Part shown: positions 27,757-44,627 of the stretch, piece after piece
Layout of the letters: each line of letters opens with the position of its first letter
Position numbering within the stretch: position 1 is the stretch's first letter
Origin: Eledone cirrhosa
Taxonomy: Eukaryota
NCBI GenBank assembly: GCA_964016885.1
Contig: OZ024740.1
Span: 231,384,001 to 231,448,000 of the forward strand
DNA: 64,000 bases
Reading direction: 5' to 3'
The notes under the pieces: generated by a model
What the model was told of the DNA's origin: nothing
Database searches by the model: none
What the model saw: only the letters and a program-made list of their open reading frames with translations
Translations under genes and position numbers: made by a program

Positions 27757-27941
27757 GATTGGCAGTATCGGTAGAGGGTCGGACGCCATGCTTTCCAGCA
27801 TAGAGTTACGGCCCTTGCCATTCTGAGTTCAAATCCCGCCAAGGTTAACTTTGTGTTTCATCCTTACGGGGGTCGATAAAATAAAGTACCAGTAATACAC
27901 TGGGTAATTGCTGGCCTTGTGCCAAAAGTAGAAACAATTAT
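27757..27941 (+). mobile_element. SINE family A
   Basis: Near-consensus copy. Confidence 0.87.
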
Positions 27942-27944
27942 TTT

Positions 27945-28210
27945 TATACCACGTATCTGAGTCGCTCCGGGTAGAGCGACTACTTCTCTGAATTGAGAGA
28001 TCACAGCTCCAATACTATGGGCATGTGCAGGAGACCCAGTGGTAGACGTCGAGCAAGATAGTCGGATAACATTCATGAGCTTGGCTGATCACACTTGGGG
28101 ATCCAGCTAGATCAGTTGGAAATGGTTGCTTTTGACAGGACCCGCTGGAAGGAGTGTTTCAGGACTCTGCCCCCACGACTCTCTCAAGAATAAATGGGCA
28201 AAGAAGAATA
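27945..28210 (+). mobile_element. Second Expander-like RTE 3' fragment
   Basis: Shares ACTTGGGGATCCAGCTAGATCAGTTGGAA...GACAGGACC.GCTGGAAGG with 26830-26900. Confidence 0.6.
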
Positions 28211-28544
28211 GGAAGTATCAGACTATAATATGCTTTAGCTTTGCAATGTTCTAATAATTAAATATGCTTTCACCCAGTTAACTGTCTCAGTTTCTGTTCA
28301 CACTGATAATAAATGCATGATATTCTAATGTTTTACTGGCATCTAAATATATCTCCAGAGACCAAGATTCCACATAGAAAATGATGGCAACAGCTGCAAA
28401 TTGTTAACTGTTGCATAATTGAAAATTTGTTTCCTGTTTGGCATCAGAGATATTACTACTCTAAAGTTATATAAAAAATGAATTAGGATTAGGGATATAT
28501 ATATATATATACACACACACATATATGTAAATAAGTATATATAC

Positions 28545-28578
<34 letters not shown>

Positions 28579-28623
28579 CTATATATATGTGTGTGTGAGT
28601 GTGTAAATATTACATATATATAT

Positions 28624-28665
<42 letters not shown>

Positions 28666-29713
28666 TGGAGGTTTATGTTTATTGTTTTAAGTGTGAAAGC
28701 ACATACAATGCATGCTTGCTGAGAGCAGTGCCTGCTTAGTATAAAATGCAATCTCTTTCACACATACACTGTGTATGTATATGTGTCTGTGTGCAGACAT
28801 ATATGATAAACATGCATACATACATATGTACGTATATACACCATACACCCACTAGCATAAAGGCACACTCATACACTCAAACAGCTATATATTAATATAT
28901 TTGTATACTTTACTGTACTATATTTTGATAGCAGGATAATTTGATATTGTTATACACACACACACTTATATACACTAACACACATCTATGTATCATTACT
29001 ATCATCATAATCATTTAATGTCCATTTTCTCTGTTAGCAAAGGTTGGACAGGTCATCATAGACCATGGCAGTACTTAATTGGGCTGCAGTCTCTGAGCTG
29101 CATCTCACTGACATTGATCTGTGAACACTAACAGTGTTCTAGGTGTATCTTATCATGGCAATATGGCGTTGTCAGGCCCGTCATGTATATATCGTTTTAT
29201 ATCTGTTATGATTTTAACACGTATATATTGAGCTTGTTATGTCTTTGACACAGCAGAAGGGTTTTCCAACCCTTTGTTTGGCAAGCTTTCTATAGCTGGA
29301 TGCCCTTTCTATCACCAACTATTTTACCCGCATGTACTGGGTGCATTTATCATGTAGATCACCAACATTAGGGAGTCTGTTATGTCCTTGAAAAGACTGA
29401 AGAGTTCTGGCAATGGAGTTTACAAATGGTAATTTATTAAAGTCCTTTACAGTTGTTTCAGAGCATAAAAATCCAGTGTATTTTCCTCAGAGATTCTATG
29501 TAAATAAGGTGCTAAAATATGTGGAGTGATTATTTCACAATGAAACACTGTTTTTCTATATTTACTTGTGAACATTCCAACAAATTTTTATTATTTGAAC
29601 TTTTTAATACATAAACATCCCCTGCACATATATGCATACATGTGCACACATACATATACACATATTTCTCTGTGGCTTAATTATACTTTTTCATTCAATC
29701 TTGTTTATTTTAT

Positions 29714-29876
<163 letters not shown>

Positions 29877-30151
29877 CACTCTTTCTCTTCCTTCTTTTGC
29901 TATTGCCCTCTCTTTTCTCACTTGCACCATGTGTTGATTAGCTGCCTCAGCTTATAAACAGAGTTTAGATTTTTGCCCATTTCTCAGACATAAAATAGGG
30001 GTCAGCATATATTCAAATTGGCTTATATGCGAGTACATACAATACTTCACTGAACTTAAATAGCTTGTTTTATTTCTTTACATGTGCTATGCCACTTTTT
30101 TGTTGTTGTTTTCAATGTTTTAACTTTTTTTTCCTCTTTATTCTTTTTCAG

Positions 30152-30342
30152 TAAAAAAAATGGTTGGTTTTTGGACTCTAGGAGATATCTTCAAAACTGT
30201 ATATTTTATACTGAGAGCAGCACCTGCTCAGTTTTGGATTTGTGGTGTCTTACAGATATCAATTGATTTGTCTATATTTGCACAGGTTTTATACTATGGG
30301 GGGTTTCAGGGCCGCATTATGTCCAAATCAGCGGTCAGCTAG
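30152..30342 (+). CDS. SLC66A2: Last coding exon of SLC66A2/PQLC1 (one extra A in the run 30153-30160)
   Basis: Polypyrimidine tract + CAG acceptor (30149-51). MVGFWTLGDIFKTVYFILRAAPAQFWICGVLQISIDLSIFAQVLYY...* resembles PQLC1 [42 protein letters not shown]. TAG at 30340-42. The conserved frame needs 7 A, the sequence has 8. Confidence 0.88.
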
Positions 30343-30625
30343 CCCAGACAATCTGGAAATGACTGTGGTGGAAGAAGCAGAACAGCAACCAGAGAGCTAA
30401 ACATGGTTATATTAATTTCTGTAATTTCTTAACAAAAAATACTATGTTTTGTTTATGTTTATATTTTTTTCTGTCATGTTTTTTTTTGACCCTGGGTTTC
30501 ATGACTTGGTGTAATCTGATGCGCTAATGAAAGGTTGAACAAAAGTTTTTTCAAGATGTAAGAATGGAAACTACAACGTACAATGGTTTGTGTGTGTATG
30601 TGTGTAATGTATATATACATTATAA

Positions 30626-30664
<39 letters not shown>

Positions 30665-30742
30665 TACCATCATCATAATCACCATTATCCTTATCATTTT
30701 GTGTATGTAATATGCCTGTTTGTCTGCGTACATACATTATGA

Positions 30743-31245
<503 letters not shown>

Positions 31246-31759
31246 ACATTCATACGTCATCAATATTATCATCTCCATTTTTAGATCTGGCATGGGTTGG
31301 ACATAGTTTATTAAGGCTAATCCAGTAACTTTTTTACTGTGGAGATTCACCAGGATACTGCCATTTCCCCACAGAAGAAAACACTGAAGATATGAAAATT
31401 CAGTGATCACCCTAAAGCTAGATGGATGGGAATAGATGATTGGCTGGACTCAAGTGTCCAAAGTTCAAGCAGATTGAGTGTCTACATACTGTTACAACAG
31501 TGTCCCAGCTGTTTTATCATCACTCTTTCCCCCCTTAACATCTGCTCCCTCACCCCCTCCCATCATCTCTGGCACCTTTAATCCAACCAATTATTTATCC
31601 CAATCAATCAGTCATTAAGGTGGTTGTCCTGAGGAACCAGCACAACACCAGGAAACTCCAGAATAACAAGCTACTGGATCAACCATCTGTAAAAAAAAAC
31701 AATCAATCTCTGTTATGGTATTGAGTACTCATTTTTCCACATATATATATAGTATTGTT

Positions 31760-32476
31760 GTAATAGGTAAATAAAAAATCCAAGGTATAGAGGAACCCAA
31801 ATCCGTATGGCAAGTTTCAATATAATTATTAAGGCCAATTAACAAAGGCATTTTCAACAGGGCAGCCCCCTACTGAATAGTGTCTTCTCCGAGTATATTT
31901 CCTATTCTCCAGGCAACTCCACTAATACTAACTGGAAAAAATGCCGTTAAATGTCAAAACTACTGTCGGAAAGAAATTTTCAGCCCTCATAGATATAAAC
32001 TTCCCCCTAGGACACAAATACCACCATATCTTTAACTGTCATACAGTCAAAATTGGATATTCCTCTGCCAGGAACATGAAATCATGCCTCCAAAGTATAT
32101 GACCTTCCTGTAAAAAGCCTGCTGAACCAACAATGCAACACCTCACACTAATATATAGAGCTGAGGTTTTTCCATTGAACCAACACCATCAATGTGATTA
32201 TATGTTACGGTTATGTCAATAGGTAGGCCTATGATACCCTTCTGACTTAGGAAATCTGTTTTAATTGAATATGATTTTTAAATGCCTCTGAAAATAGAGT
32301 ATGTAAAATCTTTTAAAAATTGTTTTGTTTTATGTATATATTTTTGGGTTATATGAATTACGCATCCTTTTAGTAATTCTCTGTATAATGCATATCCTCA
32401 TATTATGCTCAAAACATGTGTAAGGTATTAAAAATGTTTTAAAACTAATTTCCAGCTATATTTTTGATTATCAATA

Positions 32477-32478
<2 letters not shown>
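31760..32478 (+). mobile_element. Penelope-like element remnant ending in a hammerhead-bearing terminal repeat
   Basis: 31941-32102 reads MPLNVKTTVGKKFSALIDINFPLGHKYHHIFNCHTVKIGYSSARNMKS, resembling from memory the PLE post-RT linker NVKTNIGKxFLxLIDKHFP..HxLHKIFNRNTVKxSYS..NM. Decayed hammerhead at 32274-32435, then (TA)n. Confidence 0.7.
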
Positions 32479-32551
<73 letters not shown>

Positions 32552-32555
<4 letters not shown>

Positions 32556-33332
32556 AAAGGCAGATCAAAATAACAAAGCAAACAACACAGTACAATGAAG
32601 AAATATATTAGTTTTATGCTTGATTAAGTAGGAAAAGAGTCTTAACATTTCAGACGCTAGTCCTTCATCAGAATAAAGAATGAGAAATTATAGAAGTAAA
32701 AAGATTGAGGAGATGGGAAGGGCAGAAACAGAAAAACAGATTTTTAGACAAAAATCACAGGTCCATTCATGTTGCCATCTCTTGGAAAACTGTTGATGTT
32801 ATCTTCACACCCTTGTATACACATACACACCCTTATATACACATACATTTGCTCACAGCTTTGTACTTATAAGCATGCACACACACTCTTTTACTTACAT
32901 ATACACTCACATATCCTCTTAGCTTTGTACAGTCATATAAAAAACAACACATATGTATACGCATGCAAACAATTACAACTCTATATACAAAACGTTTTTT
33001 TCCCTTTCAGACAGACGCGCTCTATTACCACCTTTTAAAATAAAAGTATATCATACACAAAACACCAACATCAACAGTTTTCCAAGAGATAGCAACATGA
33101 ATGGACCTGTTATTTTTCTCTAAAAAAATTGTTTCCATTTCGATCCTGCCTGTCTCTTCAATCTTTCTATTTCTTCTTTAATTTCTCATTCTTACTTCTG
33201 ATGAAGGACTTGTGTCTGAAACATTAAGGCTCCTACTACCATTAAGGCTTCCTACTATATAAAGCGTAAAACTAATAATATATTTCTTCATTGAACTGTA
33301 TTGTTTGCTTTGTTATTTCTTTTTGCCTTTTG

Positions 33333-33334
<2 letters not shown>
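32552..33334. mobile_element. Non-autonomous element with ~250-bp inverted terminal repeats, each containing a minimal hammerhead core (Penelope-like)
   Basis: 32552-32800 is the diverged reverse complement of 33067-33334. CTGATGAAGGAC-N4-GTCTGAAA(C/T)(A/G)TTAAG at 33198-33228 (+) and 32641-32671 (-). Microsatellites on both flanks. Confidence 0.65.
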
Positions 33335-33417
<83 letters not shown>

Positions 33418-33543
33418 GTGTGCGTGTGTGTGTGTATCCTGGGTTCATTCGGGGATAACCACAGTAAGCAAGGTACTCAATATATAGCAGAGTATAAACC
33501 TTTAATATAGTTAATATATTAAACAAGCAAAACACACATATAC

Positions 33544-33589
<46 letters not shown>

Positions 33590-33830
33590 CCTTGCAAGCA
33601 GGGAAAAGTGGATGTAAAATGATGATGATGACATATATATATACTATATATATATATATGTCATCATCATCATTTCCGTTTAATGTCAATTCTTCCATGC
33701 TTGCATGTGTTAGACGGGTCATCCATGCCGGGAGGCAAGTCTGGCCATGGTTGGCCATATTGCACCTTGCTCCAGTGAGGACTGTAAATTTGGCTGGATA
33801 TTTTATAGCTGGAATATATATATATGTATG

Positions 33831-33867
<37 letters not shown>

Positions 33868-34004
33868 ATTAGTATTAACAATGAAGAGAATGAGTACTCA
33901 ATACCAGAGTAGAGATTAATTGTTATGGGTGATTCTGTAGCTTGTTATTTTGGAGTTTCCTCTGCTTACTACAGGTTCTTCACACAGGTAAACACTATAA
34001 GCAA

Positions 34005-34057
<53 letters not shown>

Positions 34058-35237
34058 CGTGTGTGCGTGTGTGCGTGCGTGTGTGTGTGTCCATGTATGT
34101 ATATATATATATACACACACACATAATCAGAGAGAGAGAGAAAGACAGACAAAATCGAGTTCTATAGAATCCGAGGGAATGGCATTTTTTCAACAGTTTG
34201 TAGGATGGTGAAGTGAAATGAATCCCTTTCTGATTGTTTTAAAACATGTTTTATGTCAACATATTTTAAATTTGCAATATTTCATTTGGTAAGAAAATTA
34301 AAAAGAGTAAAAAACAAATCTAAATAATGACATTTTTACAGTCCGCATCATACTGTTTAATTTTTCCTATTATTTAAGTGACAGCTTTTGATGACATTAA
34401 TATCACATATTGAGTTTTATCAACCAATCAATCATGTTCCCTGCAATAGGTACAGTCAGTCATTGGGGTGCCACTCTAGATGTGCCTGCCACTGATGCAG
34501 CCAGTTGTTGCCACAGGTCTCTATTCTCCGTCATGCATAGAAGGGTATCGATGTTGTGTTCAGTCCAGTCTTTGAGGTGACCCTAGCCATATTGAGTTGG
34601 CAAACTGAAAAACAGTTTTATGTCAATACCTCTTTCCTTTTAAGGCCTCCTTCTGTCATCACTGACCATGGGTTTACATTTGGAAAGTTTTTCTAAATGG
34701 CATAAGCCTGGGCAAGGTAATTTATGGAAGACCAGCAGTTGCTCATACATGCGAATATCCCCAGTCCATGCAATTGATGTTGTCCAAACCTGGGCAAGGT
34801 GTTTTATGGATGACTAGCAGTTGCCCATACATGCTAGTATCCCCACTCCGTGCCACTGATGTCCAAAGGAATGGCTAAAGTCAATAAAGCTTGGCACCAA
34901 TGATATCACAACTCATTTTCCCAGCTGAATGGACTGGAGCAATGTGAAATAAAGTTTATTGCTCAAAAACATGAACTCATAACCTTATGATTGTAAACCC
35001 CAAACCATGCAGCTTCACGATAATACCATTACTATATATGTTATATCTGTGAGTATGTGTGTGCTTTTGCATGTGTTTGTGTCTTTCATTTTGAAGCTGA
35101 AATTTTACTTTATTGTTTTTTTTAAGTGGTAGGTCTTGAAGAAGGAGCCGTGTCTATGGTCTTCACAGGCTCTCTGTGACTATGTGCCAACTATAGGTTT
35201 CATGATCTTGATCATTGCCCAAGGATCAGAAAAATGA

Positions 35238-35440
35238 ATCATGAAAATATTTAGAATAATGAAAAAAAAGTTTGGTGTACACACATATATACACATGCAC
35301 ACACACATATATACACACAGAGATCATGAATATTTAGAATAATGAGAAAAGTAGTTTAGTATACACACACACATATACACACGCACAAACACATAATCCT
35401 GAAAATATTTAGAATTATGAGCTAAGAAGTTTAATATATA
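35238..35440. repeat. Three-copy ~80-bp tandem repeat
   Basis: ATC(A/C)TGAA(AA)TATTTAGAAT(A/T)ATGA at ~35238, 35323 and 35396. Confidence 0.7.
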
Positions 35441-36226
35441 CAATATTTGTTTTAGCTCATTTACCAAGAAGTAACAAGAACAGTTTACTGGTCTTCTTCA
35501 CCAAACTTTGTATAGAATCAGATGACCTTATTCCTACTTTATGTCTTGCTCATTAATGATAGCATTCTGACCTTTTATTTTCGTTATTTATTTATTAGCT
35601 CCATCAGGACGAATTTCATTTGTAGATAATAACTATGTGATAATAACTATGTGATAATTATAAAAAACAAACAATCAAACAAAAAACCCAACAGCATTTG
35701 AATTATAATGATAATAATAATAATCATAATGATAGTAATATTAATAATACAAGGATGGTGTTGTGAAAATGTTGATACAATATTAAATTCCTTGTGGTAT
35801 TTAGTTATATATTGTCTAACACAACAAAACATCAGAGTTGTTAGAATGTCAGATAGAAAGCTTTACTTTGTTCAGACACTCTGCACTCTGCGTTCAAATC
35901 TCACCGAGGTCAACTTTACTTGTCATCATTTAATGTCAATAAATAAAGTACTCGTCGAATGCTGAGGTCGAATCTGCCTCTCTCTCACTTTTTTTTTCTA
36001 TTTCTCCAGAAGAAAGAAATTAGCTGTGTTTTTATCTGGAGTGGGATGGATTCCACCAGGTTAAAATGTCATGATGGTGCCCCATGACTTCATCAGGAAT
36101 TAAGAGTCCATGACATAGATGGATATATTGTCTAAGTTCAATTCCTGTAAGATGTAGTGAGCCAAGATTTCAGGGGTTACTAAAGTTGCCTCAGGTCCTC
36201 CTCTAAAGGATTACGGACTCTGAAGC

Positions 36227-36446
36227 ATAACCCTTTCATGACTACATTTCTAATGAAATACACTCTATTTTAATTAATTAATGAAGAATTTTGAGGGATT
36301 TACTAGAATTATTAATTATTTCATTACTAAGATAGTAATTTAATGTAAGGTTCTTGTATAAAATTATATTGGAAACCTTTAAAATGGGTGGCTTTATTTC
36401 ATAGAACCAGAGCTGGTTATGGCAAGGTTGGTAACTAAAGAGTTAA
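36227..36446. mobile_element. piggyBac-like MITE, second copy
   Basis: ATAACCCTTT...AAAGAGTTAA; internal similarity to 27090-27319. Confidence 0.6.
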
Positions 36447-36513
36447 TCTTCATTAGTTTCATGTTAGAGTAGCCAACCATTCTGTAAATCTGTGCCAATG
36501 TTAGTAATCTCCA

Positions 36514-36711
36514 ATAATAATAATAATAATTGTTTCTACTTTTGGCACAAGGCCAGCAATTAACCAGTGCATTACTGGTACTTTATTTTATCGACCCCCA
36601 TAAGGATGAAAGGCAAAGTTAACCATGGCAGGATTTGAACTCAGAATGGCAAGGGCCGTAACTCTATGCATCAAAGCATGGCGTCCAGCCCTCTACCGAT
36701 ACTGCCAATCC
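36514..36711 (-). mobile_element. SINE family A
   Basis: Reverse-complement copy with (AAT)n tail. Confidence 0.87.
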
Positions 36712-36734
36712 ATAACAATAATAATAATTGATTA

Positions 36735-37430
36735 ATATAGTCAATTCTTACGTGAAATTCCTGAGACAGTTGACAAAGATAGGAACTGGGTACGGACTAG
36801 GAAATGTGACTTAAAAGTTGAAACCGAGGTCCTTATTTTTGCAGCCTAGGATCAGGCACTGAGAACGAACTATATCAAGTTCAATATTGACAAGTCAGTG
36901 AATTCCCCATTGTGTAGGCTGTGTGGTGAGAAAGGTGAGACAATAAACCATATTAGTGAATGTAAAATGCTTGCTCAAAAAGAGTACAAGAGAAGGCACA
37001 ACATTGTCAGATTGGTTCATTGGAAGCTCTGTCATAAGTATGAACTGAGCATGAAATGGTATGAACACCAACAGGAAAGGGTGGCTGAAAATGAACAGTA
37101 TAAGATATTAAGGGACATGACCGTCCAGTGCAACCATCTTATCATGGCTAGAAAATGTGACGTTGTCAAAGAAAAGAAGAATAACAAGGTATGTACTGTG
37201 GATATTGCTTCACCGTGGAACCACAGAGTGAATGAGAAGGATAGTGAGAAAGTTAAGAAATACCATTAGCCATGTAGAAGTGGTACCGATTGTGGTTGGT
37301 ACTCTGGGAGCAGTTAGAAGGTTGGATGCATGGCTTGAGAAGCTAGGAATTACCACCAGGACAGGATTGTTGCAGAAAAGAGCCTTGCTAAGAATAGCAA
37401 AGATTCTGAGAAGAGTATTGGAAATACTAA
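36735..37430 (+). mobile_element. Decayed R4/Dong-type LINE C-terminal region
   Basis: LKVETEVLIFAA*DQALRTN, CCHC knuckle CRLCGEKGETINHISEC, YKRRHN, VPIVVGTLGAV, LQKRALLRIAKILRRVL; preceded by (AAT)n. Confidence 0.8.
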
Positions 37431-37701
37431 ATCAAAGACACATAAAAAGATAACACACACACACATATACACATAAACACATGCCAGCATCGGTTGAAGA
37501 AAGCAGAATTTTGGCTGCTTGCTAAATCGTGGACAGAAAAAGATAACACACACATACACACACACTAGATAACACTACATGCGGCTTTGACTGGGAGGGT
37601 CATTTAGAGGGAATGAAGGGGGGGGGGCCTGGACAGTCCCACTTTCTGCCCATGGCGATTGGACTGCATGCCCTGCTTTCCAGGTTACCCTTCGCCACTG
37701 G

Positions 37702-37740
<39 letters not shown>

Positions 37741-37780
37741 GTATGTATATATATATATATGTATGTATATATATATATAT

Positions 37781-37886
<106 letters not shown>

Positions 37887-37971
37887 GTATATATATATAT
37901 GTATATATATATATGTATATATATATATGTATATATATATATGTATATATATATATGTATATATATATATG

Positions 37972-38002
<31 letters not shown>

Positions 38003-38022
38003 GTATATATATGTATATGTAT

Positions 38023-38054
<32 letters not shown>

Positions 38055-38083
38055 GTATATGTATATTATATGTATATATATAT

Positions 38084-38189
<106 letters not shown>

Positions 38190-38216
38190 GTATATATATA
38201 TATATATATATGTATG

Positions 38217-38251
<35 letters not shown>

Positions 38252-38304
38252 GTATGTATATATATATGTATGTATATATATATGTATGTATATATATATG
38301 TATG

Positions 38305-38399
<95 letters not shown>

Positions 38400-38408
38400 G
38401 TATATATG

Positions 38409-38487
<79 letters not shown>

Positions 38488-38542
38488 GTATGTATATATA
38501 TATATGTATATATATATATGTATATATATATATGTATATATG

Positions 38543-38573
<31 letters not shown>

Positions 38574-38909
38574 GTATATGTATATATGTATATATATATA
38601 TGTTTATATATATATGTATATATATATATGTATATATATATATGTATATATATATGTATATATATATATGTATATATATATATGTATATATATATATTGT
38701 ATATATATATATGTATATATATATATGTATATATATATATGTATATATATATATGTATATATATATATGTATATATATGTGTATATATATATATGTGTAT
38801 ATATATATATGTGTATATATATATATGTGTATATATATATATGTGTATATATATATATGTATATATATATATATGTATATATATATGTATATATATGTAT
38901 ATATATATG

Positions 38910-38940
<31 letters not shown>

Positions 38941-39079
38941 GTATATATATATGTATATATATATATATATATGTATATATATGTATATATATGTATATAT
39001 ATATGTATATATATGTATATATATGTATATATATATGTATATATATATGTATATATATATATATATATGTATATATATG

Positions 39080-39182
<103 letters not shown>

Positions 39183-39312
39183 ATATATATATATATATAT
39201 GTATGTATATATATATATATATATGTATGTATATATATATATATGTATATATATATGTATATATATATATATATATGTATATACATATGTATATATATAT
39301 ATATATGTATAT

Positions 39313-39490
<178 letters not shown>

Positions 39491-39502
39491 TATATGTATA
39501 TG

Positions 39503-39619
<117 letters not shown>

Positions 39620-39620
39620 G

Positions 39621-39711
<91 letters not shown>

Positions 39712-39955
39712 ATATATATATATGTATATATATATATGTATATATATATGTATATATATATGTATATATATATATGTATATATATATGTATATATATGTA
39801 TATATATATATGTATATATATATGTATATATATATATGTATATATATTATGTATATATATATATGTATATATATATATGTATATATATATATGTATATAT
39901 ATGTATATATATATATGTATATATATATATGTATATATATGTATATATATATATG

Positions 39956-40056
<101 letters not shown>

Positions 40057-40065
40057 GTATATATG

Positions 40066-40098
<33 letters not shown>

Positions 40099-40151
40099 GT
40101 ATATATGTATATATATATATGTATATATATATATATGTATATATATATATG

Positions 40152-40248
<97 letters not shown>

Positions 40249-40254
40249 GTATAT

Positions 40255-40366
<112 letters not shown>

Positions 40367-40403
40367 GTATATATATATGTATATATATATGTATATATAT
40401 ATG

Positions 40404-40440
<37 letters not shown>

Positions 40441-40554
40441 GTATATATATATATGTATATATGTATATATATATATGTATATGTATATATGTATATATAT
40501 ATATATATATGTATATGTATATATGTATATATATATAATGTATATGTATATATG

Positions 40555-40585
<31 letters not shown>

Positions 40586-40600
40586 GTATATGTATATATG

Positions 40601-40631
<31 letters not shown>

Positions 40632-40746
40632 GTATATGTATATATGTATATATATGTATATATATATATGTATATATATGTATATGTATATGTATATATG
40701 TATATATGAATATGTATATATGTATATATATATGTATATATATATG

Positions 40747-40799
<53 letters not shown>

Positions 40800-41071
40800 G
40801 TATATATGTATATATGTATATGTATATATGTATATATATATATGTATATATATATATGTATATATATGTATGTATATATATATATGTATATGTATGTATA
40901 TATATATATGTATATATATGTATATATATATATGTATATATATGTATATAATATATATATGTATATATATGTATATATATATATGTATATATATATATGT
41001 ATATATATATGTATATGTATATATGTATATATATGTATATATATATGTATATGTATATATGTATATATATG

Positions 41072-41102
<31 letters not shown>

Positions 41103-41241
41103 GTATATATGTATATATGTATATATATATATGTATATATATATATGTATATATGTATATATATATATGTATATATATATATGTATATATGTATATATGT
41201 ATATATATATATATGTATATATATATATGTGTATATATATG

Positions 41242-41272
<31 letters not shown>

Positions 41273-41549
41273 GTATATATGTATATATGTATATGTATAT
41301 ATATATATATGTATATATATATATGTGTATATATATATATGTGTATATATATATATGTATATATATATGTATATATATATATGTATATGTAGTATATATA
41401 TATATGTATATATGTATATATATGTATATATGTATATATATGTATATATGTATATATATATATGTATATATATATATGTATATATGTATATGTATATATG
41501 TATATATGTATATATATATATATTATATATATATATGTGTATATATATG

Positions 41550-41580
<31 letters not shown>

Positions 41581-41657
41581 GTATATATATATATGTATAT
41601 ATGTATATATGTATATATGTATATATATATATATGTATATATATATATGTATATATG

Positions 41658-41688
<31 letters not shown>

Positions 41689-41698
41689 GTTATATATG

Positions 41699-41733
<35 letters not shown>

Positions 41734-41742
41734 GTATATATG

Positions 41743-41919
<177 letters not shown>

Positions 41920-41952
41920 GTATATATATATGTATATATGTATATATATATG

Positions 41953-41983
<31 letters not shown>

Positions 41984-41984
41984 G

Positions 41985-42119
<135 letters not shown>

Positions 42120-42150
42120 GTATATATATATATATGTATATATATATATG

Positions 42151-42181
<31 letters not shown>

Positions 42182-42182
42182 G

Positions 42183-42229
<47 letters not shown>

Positions 42230-42274
42230 GTATATATATATATGTATATATGTATATATATATATGTATATATG

Positions 42275-42334
<60 letters not shown>

Positions 42335-42398
42335 TATAAATGTATATATATATATGTATATATATATATGTATATATATATATGTATATATATATATG

Positions 42399-42451
<53 letters not shown>

Positions 42452-42474
42452 GTATATATGTATATGTATATATG

Positions 42475-42547
<73 letters not shown>

Positions 42548-42636
42548 GTATATATATATGTATATATATATGTATATATATATGTATATATATATGTATA
42601 TATATATATGTATATATATATGTATATATATATATG

Positions 42637-42689
<53 letters not shown>

Positions 42690-42827
42690 GTATATATATA
42701 TATGTATATATATATATGTATATATATATATGTATATATATATATGTATATATATATATGTATATATGTATATATATAATGTATATATATATATGTATAT
42801 ATATGTATATATATATGTATGTATATG

Positions 42828-42944
<117 letters not shown>

Positions 42945-43013
42945 ATATATATATATGTATATATGTATATATATATATGTATATATATATGTATATATGT
43001 ATATGTATATATG

Positions 43014-43100
<87 letters not shown>

Positions 43101-43127
43101 GTATATATATATGTATATATATATATG

Positions 43128-43174
<47 letters not shown>

Positions 43175-43359
43175 GTATATATATATATGTATATATGTAT
43201 ATGTATATATGTATATGTATATATGTATATATATATATGTATATATATATATGTATATATGTATATGTATATATGTATATGTATATATGTATATATATAT
43301 ATGTATATGTATATATGTATATGTATATATGTATATATATATATGTATATATATATATG

Positions 43360-43442
<83 letters not shown>

Positions 43443-43457
43443 GTATATATATATATG

Positions 43458-43594
<137 letters not shown>

Positions 43595-43667
43595 GTATAT
43601 ATATATATGTATATATGTATATATATATATGTATATATATATATGTATATATGTATATATATATATG

Positions 43668-43763
<96 letters not shown>

Positions 43764-43772
43764 TATATGTAT

Positions 43773-43915
<143 letters not shown>

Positions 43916-43945
43916 GTATATATATATATGTATATATATATATGT

Positions 43946-44030
<85 letters not shown>

Positions 44031-44142
44031 GTATATATATGTATATATATATGTATATAATATAATATATATATATATGTATATATATATGTATATGTAT
44101 ATATATATATGTATATGTATATATATATATGTATATGTATAT

Positions 44143-44324
<182 letters not shown>

Positions 44325-44582
44325 GTATATATATATGTATATATATATGTATATATATATATGTATATATATATGTATATAATATATATGTATATATATA
44401 TATGTATATATATATATGTATATATATATATGTATATGTATATATGTATATGTATATATGTATATGTATATATGTATATGTATATATGTATATGTATATA
44501 TATGTATGTATATATATGTATATATATATGTATATATATGTATATATATATATGTATATATATATATGTATATATATATATG

Positions 44583-44627
<45 letters not shown>

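Noticed and set aside
29440-29495. Minus-strand CTGAGGA...GAAACAACTGTA
   Set aside because: Resembles a decayed PLE-type hammerhead, but stems I and II do not pair; too weak to list as a feature.
35100-35235. Possible extra exon after a pyrimidine-rich tract
   Set aside because: No recognisable coding similarity or convincing donor site.
36045-36101. Minus-strand CTGATGA followed by GTCATG/CATGAC stem
   Set aside because: GAAA is replaced by ATTT and there is no stem III; cannot be called a hammerhead.
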